From Trichoplax adhaerens (lineage: Eukaryota > Animalia > Placozoa), in contig NW_002060963.1 in the NCBI RefSeq assembly GCF_000150275.1, positions 839,262 through 903,261 of the forward strand: a stretch of 64,000 nucleotides of DNA. Direction: 5' to 3'. A model generated the notes under the pieces. That model was given only the letters and a program-made list of their open reading frames with translations. It did not search any database and was not told where the DNA came from. The position numbers and the translations under genes were made by a program. Below, piece after piece: positions 14,081 through 26,490 of the stretch. The stretch's first letter is position 1; every line of letters begins with the position of its first letter.

Positions 14081-17000
14081 TTAAATATGAATAATATATT
14101 CAGGATAAGCTGAATTATCATTTGATATTACAAATACGGATGGATTGTTCATATTATTAACAACGGAATGGACTCGTTCTGATTGACTTCCGCTGATTAT
14201 GGATAAATTAGGTTGATTACATTGAGCTCCTTGGACATAGATACCTGTTAGAACTCGAGCTAGTAATAATGTATCGCCATATTGGCGCGATTCCGTAGCA
14301 GCGACAGCAAAGTACGTTCCTGTTCCAAGTGCAGAACCTATAGAGTAGAACATTGGAAAGAATCATTTGAAATTAGGATATCATAAATTGTATTTTGATT
14401 AACCTTTAATATTTGAAGAATATCATAATAAAGATTATTATATACTGTCTTAAAGCTATTAATTCTATTTCAATTCGTTCAAATACTTAAATCATGTTTA
14501 TGATTTCAATTCAAAGAATATGATTAACTTGCAGATTACTTTACTTTATTTGAACTAAAATTATAACATCTGTACTATTAATAATACAACAACGAGCAAA
14601 ATCGTAGAAATTCCGTAGAATATGACAGTGTAACACACAAACAAAATTACATATATATGATTTGATAATTGGATATTACACGATAACATGATCTGCTTGC
14701 ATGTTACTCTATTCAATTCCAACTCTAATACATGGTATTAATCTTGGCTATAAACTAAGATCTATGTTATTCGCGTCCGTTTGATTCAATTAACGACCTT
14801 TAAAACACCTTAACTTTCAAATCAATTAAAATTATGTATAAGGCATTAGTGAAAAAAGTGATTATGCTGAAGATCCTTAGGAAATTAATGCATGAATTTT
14901 AATTTAATATACGGTATTGATGACAGGCATCGATCTCTAACAGAGAATACTAAAAGTGAGAATCAATATGCTACCTGGAAATTACTTCAATTTCTCGTAA
15001 ATGACATTATTTATACCTTGCCATGACATCAACATCTGTGAAGATATTTATTGCTGTGTTTCAATTGGCCGTAATTATGAAGGTACTGATACAGTATGAT
15101 AACATTTTTAATCATGTTACTCTAATTAAATTTTATTGTTACTTAATAATAATGATGCAAATGGTATTTGGATATATTATGGTATTGTGGCCTTTAAACA
15201 TCTTTAATTATTTCAGTAGAGTGTGATATTAACTAAATCTAATTACTTCAATATATTTTAGAAGCGAAATACTTCGTGTAAATGTCATCAATTCTATGGC
15301 ATAGTAGTAAGACGATATCAAGATTTTTTAACTAACCATACGATTTTCCTGAATAATCTCGATCAAATCCTCCCTTACATATACTTTCGACGTTAGTTTT
15401 TGCGGTACCATGGAACAAGCTTCTTTCAACTTGGGTTCCCGGTTGGTACCTTCGAACCGTTCTTTCAACATCCTTTTTCATAATCTGATAACGACGATAT
15501 AAATTCCAGTTTTGAATACGTGTTAATTTGCGAATCTGAATCCCTGTGCCTTCCAGAAGTTTCGAAATTTGATTTTTTTCTTCTTGATTAGTGACACCAA
15601 CAGTACAATAATAACCATCTTTTATTTCACCAACTATATTCCAAGATGGAGGCACAGCAATCTCATTATCTATTTGAAAGAATAGCTTGATTTATACCTA
15701 ATCCTGTTAAGATTATTGCCTTCAATTTGCGATAATTTTAATTATTGTACGGCATTGTATAATTTTAACTTGTTGTTTTTATTATATATTGGCAGGCAGA
15801 AAAATAAGAAAAGATGATGTATCAATACTAGTATTTATTTTCATTAATCAAAATTGTAATTGCAATTATTCTCTAGTATGCTATCAATCTGTCTGCTGTA
15901 TACTACTCACTCGATGATATTAATCTTCCTATCGGATATTGTTTTCCATCAACTGTCATGATCATTTTTTCGTAATCAATTGATTTCATTCCGGTGTCCA
16001 TTTTAAAAACCTTATTAGTTTTATCTTGAAGATAGATCTCATAATTTTTGACAATTTCAAAATTCATTTTACTATCAAATTGAACCTTAGATTGATCAAT
16101 GATAGCATACCATGGAACGTTTTTAGCAATCATTTCCTGTGTATCTTGATTTAATTTTTCTTTCAATTGAGAAGCAAATAAGTTATGAATAGCTGATATT
16201 GCTTTTAAAATATCACATTGGTATCCATGAATTCGAATCGCTTTTTTTCGATTACAACACACTAAGATTGTATTGTAATTGCACCAAAATTCTAATGATA
16301 TTTGATGCCAACGACTTTTGTCAACATGGATGAAGTAATCTTCGTCAGTGATTTCATGCGATCCCCAAGTCTGACCATATTCGTTGACGATGAATCGCAT
16401 TTGATCTATACGATTACAATATTTTGATATATAAATCGTTTTTAAACCAAATCGGAGATTTGTCTTGTTAAAAGTTATTTCCCAAGGTAATGTTAATCGA
16501 GATCTTGTAATTTCTTCTCTTATCCACGTTGCAATCTCCTCAACTCGATCCTTAGATCCTAAGGCAAGATCAATGCAATCTAACCTGATCTGATCACAGC
16601 CGTGATCAATGAGGAATAATTCTATCGCATTTAATATATGATAGATATGCTCTTGATTAAATTCTATACTTGGTAGTGGAAGCGACATCGATTGATCATC
16701 ATTGGCGTTAATATAGATTAATAATTGATTTACACCAGTTAAGCATCCATATGGACATATTTGATATAAGCTACAATTAGGCTTAAAATTCGGTAAATAC
16801 TGTAAAGTTTCCACTATATGCTCTGGACTATTTTTCTCCATGACACCATCTAATGTCTCTAAATGTTGATGCTGATCGCATAACACTGTCATATCGACAA
16901 TAGCATTGGTTGTAGCTGCAAGAATATTTCCATGGTAGAGGTTAACTCGTAATGGCTTACCATTGGTGTAGCAGCAAACAGTGAAATACAAAACATAGCT

Positions 17001-20000
17001 AAGATTGGAGTTTTGTACAAGGTTGCTATTACTACTCTTTGTAACCAGTGCAATCTCTTTGCGATCTTGTATTCGACTGGATGTTATCGCTGTCGATGTT
17101 GTAGCTATCATAGTTTTATCTGGCAAATGATTGCTATTTAATGTTGCTACTAGTTGATTTTGCCACGCAGTTAAGTTATTTGTTCTTTCATGTAATAAAA
17201 TTCGAATTAGTTCATGATGTTCATTTAGGGTTGGAAGAACAACCAAGTAAACTGTTTTCAAGGAAATCACTTTTTTATGCCGTTGGGAGAAGTCAGAAAC
17301 CACATCAAAAATTCCTATGATCATCTCATCCGCCTGTAACCCCATATTGCCAATTCCAATCATAGGTATAGCTATAGATCTCATCGATTCTTCATTGGCT
17401 TTTTCTAGGCATCGTTTTAACTTATCTTTTAACCACTACAACATAAAATTCATTACGAAATACAATTATTTATTCTCGATATGAATTATCAATTATGAAG
17501 ACTTAAAATAATAAAAGGTTTGCAGACTTACAGTGATAGATTTGTTAGAGCTTAAGAATGGAATATGATATACTTTTTTGCAGCCAAAATAGCTTCCATT
17601 GGTGCTTCCAATATCTTCAATATCTAAAGATTGTAAGTGAATTGCGCATTCAGATTGATATTGCTCACCACCAGCCATATATAATGCATTGGCGATAGCA
17701 CCCGTATTATAATCTTGCAGACTTATAGAATTAACGATAACATCAGCCTAAAGATTTCACGTTAGCAATGACGAATTGAAATTAATATCGTTCCTCTCGA
17801 CATACATCGTAAAGATTATCTAACTTAGCAAGTTATGAAAGGCATAAGCATAGCTTAAATTTTTACAACAATATCGAATATAAGAGTATAAAGTTTCAAT
17901 ATTACATACTTTTGCTCCCTCTTTTTCAACGGTGCCTAAAACCAATTCAATATCGACGTGATTATGTATCTGATTGCTCGATGTAGTAGCCTTGATACTT
18001 GTTTTGCTTGTCTCATCCTTATTAGCTGTAGTCGTACAGAGTTTATTACAACTTGCTTGTTCGGTAGTTGTTTCTAGGGTCTTTGACGCCATTATTTTCT
18101 TTTCTTTGACATACAGTGCGCTTAATTTACTATAAGAAATAATGAAAATAAGATAATAACGATAAATAAAAAACTGTACGCAAAGCAGCATCTAAGATTA
18201 GGAGATAAACATCAACTACATTTTTATAATATCTGACGAGATTACTAATACTGAATACTTGTCAGTAACTATTTATAAAAAGTGTAAATGATATTCTCAG
18301 GAAAATCGAAGATAGATCATCAATTAAAATCAATTCTTAAAGGGAAAAATCTTTTATAAGCAAAACTAGTCGGTAAGATTGAAAGATTATGCCAATAATT
18401 GTATTTTCATGACATCTAGTCAGATTAATATTAATTTTTTAAAATTAAAAATTGACCAGGTACAGTTACTGTTTTAATAAATTGAGTATCGTCAAAAATT
18501 TTGGCATTGTATTATATAAGTACGCATAGCACTTAGAGAGAAAGAGCTGACTTTTATAATAAATGGTGATTAGATTTAAATTGGATTTCAAAGTATTTGT
18601 GATATTTAGCCGAAATGCTAACGATTTCTAAATGCTTGTCTAACAAGGGGTAAAAAAAGCTTCAATATCTTCAGTAATTTTGATGATGGATTTATTAATT
18701 TAAACCAATGAGGTAGGTATATCAATAAATGATTGCTATCAAGTATTTACTTATAATTATTTATGAAATAACTACTACGTTTGGTACCCTTTCATAAAAT
18801 CAATTTATCATAAGAGACCCAGTACAAAAAAATTCGATTGTCTAGAATCGATTTTAGCCACATCTATTTCATTATAGCGTCCAAAACAGTACCTATGATG
18901 GTCTTCGTCTACGGCGATAGCTAAACATTCATTTTTGTCCAGTAAACATTTCAATTTCATTTGACCATGGCCAGAAGTCAAACATCTCCCCAACCTAGAA
19001 TTTTTACTAATACAAGGATCTTCTTTAATAGTGAGTGAGTTTAATAACTTGTAAATCTTGTCCAGAATAGCTTTTCTGTTCAATGGATCACATTGAATTT
19101 TAATTTGATGATGACGGATGAAAGGGTAGAGACACTTTTTCTCATCCATTTTCTCAAATAAGATTTTGCAGTCTTTACAATTTTCAAGACGAAGAATTTC
19201 ATGCCGCAAGTGTAATCGTAAATATTCCATTCTTAAGGCTGAAATTTAATCAACAACATAAAACATTCAAGATCACTCTTAGGGCAGTAATATTGTAATA
19301 TTTGTATAAACTTTGTTTTTATTAATATTCTGATACCTTGCTCGAGCGTATTTTCGCGAAATATCTTATAATGATCATGGAAATAACAACTTTCGAATGA
19401 TTTTGATTTGTAAGATTTAGACCTGGAAGATGACAATTTATTAATAGAGCGTTAGCAAATAATGTAAATATTCTTTATATATTCCTAGATTTCAACAATC
19501 CATCGATCTAGTCTAGTAGTAAGATGCGGATACTATAACATGCAAATATAAAATACAACAGTTATTGTTCTTTTTCATAGGTGTTAAACTTGAAGATGAT
19601 CATGTCCAAAATAATAGATAAGTATAGGATTAGCAAATAATATTATAAATTTTCATTTAAATACTCATAGCAGATTTCTGCAATCCATTAATCTAATCTG
19701 ATAGTAAAATGTGAATGTTATAACGTTATATAAGTATATAATGCAATAGTTTTCGATCTATTTTGCATCTCTTAAAACTTGAAGATGATCATTTATTAGG
19801 TAATAGTAGCTATTAGCTGAGAATATTTATATCTATTAGTGAATAAATAATCCAAAATGCTTTTTCTCTGGTAATAACTATTGAATGCTATAAATTGAAT
19901 ACTATCATGGACTTCTAAATCTTAAAGATCTGAAAGTTCACTATTATGTAAGATAAAGGTTTTTCGTCGCGATTTTTGTACAGTGAAAGTTAGAGAGAGT

Positions 20001-21234
20001 GATTTGTTAATAAGTGATTGTAAACTTGTAATTAACTACCTGACAGCGAAATTAGGTAAAACAGTTTAGATTAAAGCCGGCTTATATTATGGTTTCGTGT
20101 AAATTCGATGCACGCTAAAAGTGTAGTATACAATTTTTAATTCTCATTTGTAAACAATATCTTTTAAATTCTACTCAGTGTGATAGCTAGTATTGAACGA
20201 CGTAAAAGATGATTTACAATCATTACTTAAATACTGCATTTTGATGAAGTGTATTAAAAGTTGAAGGAGAAAATTTGCTATTAAACTAATAGCTAAAAAT
20301 TTCATTCCTGACTTCTACATATATTGGTACATTTCCTATACTAACAGCTATTAGACACAATAAAGCAGTCAATAGAGATTAGTTACCTATGATTTAAAAA
20401 AGTATCATTGGACTTGCTTATAGATAGTTGCTCATCTTTATTGGTATTATCTGTAAAATAAAATTGCGAGTATAATATTGATAACAATTTATGTGTAATA
20501 ATTATAACATTTAACTTTAATCTTCTAGCATTAAGAAAGCCTTTATGAGGTAAATATACAGCACCTTGCGTTGATGAACTTTCCCCTGCTTTCTGTAACA
20601 ATTGATATTCCCTATCCGATTCTTTGGGCTCTTCTTTGACCTTTCAACCGATATGTATTATATTATTAGAAATAATAAACCAAAAAATTGGGCTAGTTGA
20701 TAAGTTCTTAAAATTGATTTTATAATTTAAGATGAACTATTTCTAATTTTAATGAATAGTTCTAGTGGAAGAATAGTTTGATTTTAACGAGTAACTCTCC
20801 AAATAGATACCCTTATAAGGTTATTTAAGATCCATATCAGTAAATAATGGATACTTTAATTATATGCAGTTTATATATTGTTAATTAACAAATAAAATCA
20901 TAAAACTTGACCCGATTTTTGTATGGGAACGCGAGAAGGACGGTAAATATAGTACCTTAACAGATGTAAAATTTGAAGATTTCTTGTCGTTATCTTTGCG
21001 CTCTTCATCACTTTTACTGTCAATAATTATGACAGTAGAGGGCAATTTTGCTGTAGGTTTGGTTTCGATTGTTGCTTTGCGAGAATGATCGAACTTGCTG
21101 GTGCCTGGAACATGATTATTAGGGGTAAGAGATCGGTTACGACTGTCGTCAAGCTTTCTTCGCTTGCAGTTTACAGGATGGGAAGAATCTTTCTCTTTAA
21201 GGTGTTCTATGTTGCCTTGCCTAGTTTCTGGCAT
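14081..21234 (-). CDS. PARP14/PARP15-like mono-ADP-ribosyltransferase, copy A (disordered N-terminus, macrodomain, degenerate second macro-like region, WWE, ART)
   Basis: Phase-consistent GT-AG exons: ~21234-20956, 20640-20565, 20450-20387, 19422-19337, 19238-18893, 18129-17910, 17747-17532, 17435-15911, 15669-15337, 14337-14081. Macro: ADVIVNS...GAIANAL...GCKKVYHI...SIAIPMIGIG. WWE: PWYAIIDQSKVQFDSKMNFEI...IDYEKM. ART: RIQNWNLYRRY, LFHGT, GFDRDYSGK, GTYFA, ARVLTG, YPEYII. True start codon uncertain. Confidence 0.88.
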
Positions 21235-22298
21235 CTTTTTTTGTTGTAAATATATGAAATACTTTTCTTGTTTGATTACTTCGATTGCCTGCTCTCAAAA
21301 ATTCTTTCATTAAAGACTTTTCCATGTAAAAGCCTTTTACATTACTAAGCCAATACTTATTTGAAGAAAGGAAGATATACCGGTTATATAGACAATCAAT
21401 CTCTAGTAATAGCTGGCGCGTAATACTTGACCAACAACACTTTGATAAATTTCATACGTCTTCGAAACGAAAATTAGAGCTTAAATTATTCTTAATATTA
21501 ACTATATTACCGTAAATAACCTTATTATAGATTACATTTGGATTGATTAGCTCTACTAAAAGTGATTAATAACAATTATGATTGATGGTACAAGATTAAT
21601 ATTATCCGTAAGTTCGAGCTCAATTTAACCTAAATTGCTCCATCTGTTGTACGTATAACTATAGCAGCACTTTATATTGCAGAGTTCATAAATAATGGCG
21701 TTGCCTTTCAATCTAGCTAACTCCATGGTTACATGTTTAAATGATGATGCTAATTAAAATAAAAGCCAATCACATCGCGTAATTTGTTTACAATAGCAGT
21801 ATTTGGATTTGTATTGGTCAAGCCGTAACCGCTAGGGCTATTTTCTATTATTAGTATTATTTCTGGTCATTTTTGCAAAATATTATAGAACTGAACATTT
21901 GAGTGAATAAGATGTTATCTACTAAGATCACTGAATTTGCATAATAAAATTCTGGAGCAATTGTGTCGATAACGTCCAAAATATGTACCAGTTACGCATT
22001 AATAATATTAATAATATTTCGTAAATACAATAACACTAAAGGCCGTTTTGTAAAAGGCCTGATTTTTTAATTAAGTGTCGTAGTATCATCATCGATTCAT
22101 GCTAAATTCTTAGTATTTAAAAACGAGAAATTTTGATATAGTGGATAAAGCCAATATAGATCTACTAAACTGTACTATTCAACACGCACACAAACAAAAT
22201 AATTTTATTAGTTTGCAGAATTTTTAAATGCAAACTCTAAAATTTCGCTATGAAATTTTAATGTTTGGCTCATACTTCTTAAAAACATAAGCCTATGG

Positions 22299-23265
22299 AT
22301 GACAACATTATGTATAATTAGTATCGATTGATATTTTACTGTTGTTGGATCGTTTTGTATCTATAACGCAAACATGAAAATGTCACAACCCTCACTTGTG
22401 GCAAAGGAAAGTAAAGAACTATAGTGTAGTTACTTAAAACTTGGGCTATTTCTCCCAGTACTTTCAGTTTCTATGAGAGAAGTATTTGAGAACTCGATTT
22501 CTCGGCTGATCTCCACAGACAACTGACTAATTATTACACTATTCTTCGCGATATGAGTCTTGTCGTTTCTTGAGCAATTACTTTTTTTATTCTACAAACA
22601 CACGCGCTTAAATAGGTTTCTACAGTGAATTCCAATATTAACGAGTGAGAATTCATGCTTTGCAAGTTACATTAATTAGTATAATACCATTACTAAATAT
22701 ACATGTCGATATCCTCAGACTTAGATAGCTACAAGCTATCAAGTGTTAAGACGCTTAACCTTCGTCCATATACAGCTCAATTTTTAGAGATTAACACAAC
22801 TTATAAACCTACAGTAAATTAACTGCCAACAACTTCTATTTTTATCTCATTTCTACCATCCTATTATCAGCTACAAGCGCATTAAAACATAGCACATAAC
22901 CTTATCTTATCTATTCATAAGCATTCATTAATTTACAGTTACTTAATTAGTAACGGCGTACCGTGACAGAAAAGCAAATCATCTATCTTAGTCAAGCAAC
23001 TAGTAGCGTGAATTCTTTCAGTGTCTCAAGACCAAGTGTCCCATTTCGTGGTGCTTATCCAGATAAGATAAAAATTTTGCACTGTGCCAAATAGGAATAT
23101 CTGTATCAATCTATAGTCTATTTGTAACCCTATTCATATTCGTTATACTGTTATCGACTATTGTTACTAATTATGCTCGAATTATTAGTTATAAGGTGAG
23201 ATATGCTCGACCTGAGCAACTAACTGAAGGCTGTAATGATAATTATAATTGCTTAAAATTCGTTA
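22299..23265 (+). pseudogene. GPCR fragment (TM3 to ICL3) split by a solo LTR
   Basis: Before the LTR: MTTLCIISID*YFTVV (DRY mutated to D*Y). After it: QIIYLSQA...AYPD...LFIFVILLSTIVTNYARIISYKVRYARPEQ, colinear with the 4639..5607 GPCR. Confidence 0.85.
22381..22968 (-). mobile_element. Solo LTR (588 bp) with perfect 5-bp target-site duplication
   Basis: TGTCAC at 22381 and GTGACA at 22963-22968; GAAAA at both 22376-22380 and 22969-22973; removing it rejoins the GPCR remnant. Minus orientation inferred from TATTTAA then AATAAA on the minus strand and the shared GTTGTGACA 3' end. Confidence 0.88.
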
Positions 23266-23269
23266 TATT

Positions 23270-23640
23270 TATAATCTTGATAGATACTATTTTTCTATCT
23301 GTTTTTCCAAGATATTTTCTTAGCTGGTAAGATACAAAGATAATCAATTATACTTCAGCTATTATTTTTTTCTTATATTTAATAGATATTTTCTTAGCTG
23401 GCGAGGCAAAGTGATACATTTGTTATAGTTGCTTGATACGTTTATAGCCAGAATCTAATCTATTTTACCATGGTTAAAATAGCCATCTTTTATTATCCAT
23501 GTTTCAGAGATATTTTCTTAGAAAGCAAGATACATGTAGAATGATTAATCAATTCTGTATGTCATATTTATTCCTAGAATATTTTTCTTATTGTAAAGTA
23601 GGATAATTAATCTATTTCAATTTACCTGATATATTTAGTC
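23270..23640. repeat. Second, shorter copy of the ~120-bp degenerate repeat field
   Basis: GATATTTTCTTAGCTGG cores at about 23310, 23385 and 23508; 23455-23630 aligns with 10420-10670. Confidence 0.65.
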
Positions 23641-24986
23641 CTAATTAAATTCCTTTATCAATATCGTCTTCGTTAATAATAATTGTAACTTGTCAATCTT
23701 TTACTTCGATAATGCTTTAGTATCGCAAAACATTAACATTTTATAATTGAACTGATCTCATCATTAGATTATACAATTATCAATAATTTAAGGCGATACC
23801 ATTACAATAAATCAGCCGTATATTTAAAATGCCTTTGCACACCAATATTCTACAATTGATAGTTACAATTGACATTTACATTTATTCATAGCCTATATCG
23901 AAGTATACTCTTCCATTATACTCATATTTGTATATTATAGAGATTTTTTTTGCTTAATCATAATGAGCACTTTATGTTAAATTGTGATCTTTAATTAAGT
24001 ATCGATGCGATTATAATATTTTCAAATTAATATTTTTCGCGAGTAACTTATTTGCTAAATAGTTACCCGAAGGATAATTTAATACTTGAATAACAATACT
24101 ATTAATTCTAGAATGATCCAACACTTATTTTAGGAATGATTTAATACCGTAATTAGCTACATTATATTGCTTTTTTAGTCTTGTTTACTTCCGGTCGAAA
24201 ATATTTGTATTCGAGTCATGATTGAATATTGAAATAAAAATTATGATTGCAATATTATAAATGACCAGCCCCCTTAAAATCATTTCTTTTTTTGTTGCTC
24301 TCGTTTAATGATACTTGTATATAGACCTCTTCTCAACAGTGATAAAGATATCTATCAAAAATTATACTCAATTATCAAGATGGATAATTGATAGATGCAA
24401 CTATTTGATACAAGTGCATTGAACTCAATACTAGAGCATTTGAATTCAGTTTTGCAATTTCACTTTTAATTCAATTATACTGTATGTTAGGAGTATTTGC
24501 TACCATCACACGCATATTCTGTCATTCAGTGATATTAAATTTATTAGTAAAGTTACGGACACTATCAGCAGAGCTAATGAACATTTAGGGTGAAACTGTC
24601 CTAACGAATTAATTTCATTGTGATATGTTACTAATATCAACACTCTAAAGTGGACTTTTAACATTATCGATTGTCGATATTAAAGCATTTTTCATTATCA
24701 CATTAAAATAAGTACGTAATAATATCAGTTTGCAGGTGTTATTTTAACTTATGTTACGGCATTTAAAATCAATATTACACTTTTTTCAGTCCTATACCGT
24801 ATGCTTCTGATTTACGCTATTTTATGGCGGTGTTCGCTAAAATACTAATAAATAATTTACTTTAAATATCAGAGATTGATTTTGCCGTATGTGCGAATAA
24901 TCTATTTAAAATGAACCTATTGCAGCTAGAAGTATCTTTTGGATTTTATTCCTACTTGTTTAATATTACTAATGAGTCATTCTTAA

Positions 24987-25350
24987 GGACCGCCAATTCA
25001 GTGATAAATTGACCCTGAAATTTGAAGGTGGTGAAAAAGCTGTGGTAGGTGAGTTCTTTGTCGAATTCGAAGCTGGCAAACATCAAGGTTGAGTTTTACT
25101 TCCAAGTATTATTGCGAAAACGCTTTGCGTCTAGCGAATCGTCCGTAAGCAAAGTCTCCAAGACATCAGAAAGGTTGAGGAGAGGTTGGAGCTTGACTTT
25201 GCCTCCTTTGCAGTAGAGGCACTTTGTCTCTTCGAGAAATGTCTTCGCTCTGCAATGAAAGCAAATTTTATTCATCTTGCCAATAGACGTCTTGGAGTTG
25301 CCAACATAGTCCTTTCTGATTTCGTAGTCAAAGCATCTGTTAAGCCAGGT
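24987..25350 (-). mobile_element. Helitron RepHel N-terminal (zinc-finger region) relic
   Basis: Minus-strand translation SIGKMNKICFHCRAKTFLEETKCLYCKGGKVKLQPL...LETLL...KRFRNNTWK*NSTLMFASF...TFKFQGQ(fs)YH*IG matches the familiar Helitron pattern IGxMxxxCxxCxA...CCxxGKVxL...FxxNIRxYNS..F.SF...F.IxGQxYHRIG. Contains stops and a frameshift; absent from the equivalent position in duplication unit A. Confidence 0.85.
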
Positions 25351-26490
25351 GATTGAATAATGTTGTCATAAAATTTCATCTTCTTCTCCTTCAGAGCTGA
25401 AAAAGCGAACTCTCTTTCTGCTTATACCTAGCTGATCGAGATATTTGAGTATTTAAACGGTATGATCCTCTTCTAATTAATTATTTTTAATTTGTTTCGC
25501 TGTAATATAGAGTCCACAGGTTAAAACTTTTCATTAAAGTTATTTGACTGCTTTAAAATCGACAAGGACCATCTACTCTTAATGCTGATTCAGGAGGTGG
25601 GCAAAGTTTTACCCTTTCACTCTCCGTTTGGCCGTGATGGCATTACAAAAAAAATCCACTTTTACTTTATGTATATAGATTATTATGAATAAGTTTTATT
25701 AATTGTACGGTAAAGTAAAAAGTACAAGTACAGTATTGTACGCGAAGTAGAACGAATGCAATCTCGAATACTGGTAGTACTAGTATATTTGGATCGATCT
25801 ATAACATCGATTCTATAATTTTTTATACTATTGCATAGGCCTGTTTCATTGATTTCATCTTGCTATCATGATACTAATGCTACATTAACCATAATTAGTT
25901 AAGAGTCAAGGTCCAATTGATGGTACCCATATATGCTTATTACTTTAGTTATTAGATACAGTTCGATTGAAAATAGGGACCTATTAGTTACTTCAAGATG
26001 AGCATCTAGCTCAAACTTACTCTATAAATAGAATTGGAGAAGAAAAACATCTATAAGGTTACCAAAAACTAAATAACTAGCTATTCTACTTTGCAAGTCC
26101 TGTACGAATACTACAGTTGGATTAGAAAGGTTAGAGTATATAAAATTTGAACAGTTTATAGCTTATACAGTAACAATGTGTACCGCTTTAAAAGGCTTAT
26201 TGAAAGAAGATGGTAAAAAATAAAAATATCTTTCAGATTTCTACCTTACATACATGTCGATGAATACTATCGTAAATGTACTTAAAGGATGGAAATGGAA
26301 AATTACTTGGAGATACTAAGATTAAGTTACGTTATCTTCTAGTGTTTCGTATACGTATAAACGATAGAGGAATAATGCCTAGATTAACTTAATCAACACC
26401 AATTAGTTTTTTTATTATACTTGTAATTCATTTCATACTTAGACAAATTCAACACACTAATAACTGCATCAATATAGAAGAAAGAACATG

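Noticed and set aside
19230-19340. Apparent frameshift between ORFs 19233..19436 and 18808..19230 (and the copy B equivalents)
   Set aside because: Explained by a phase-1 GT-AG intron (19336-19239; 31512-31416) present in both paralogues.
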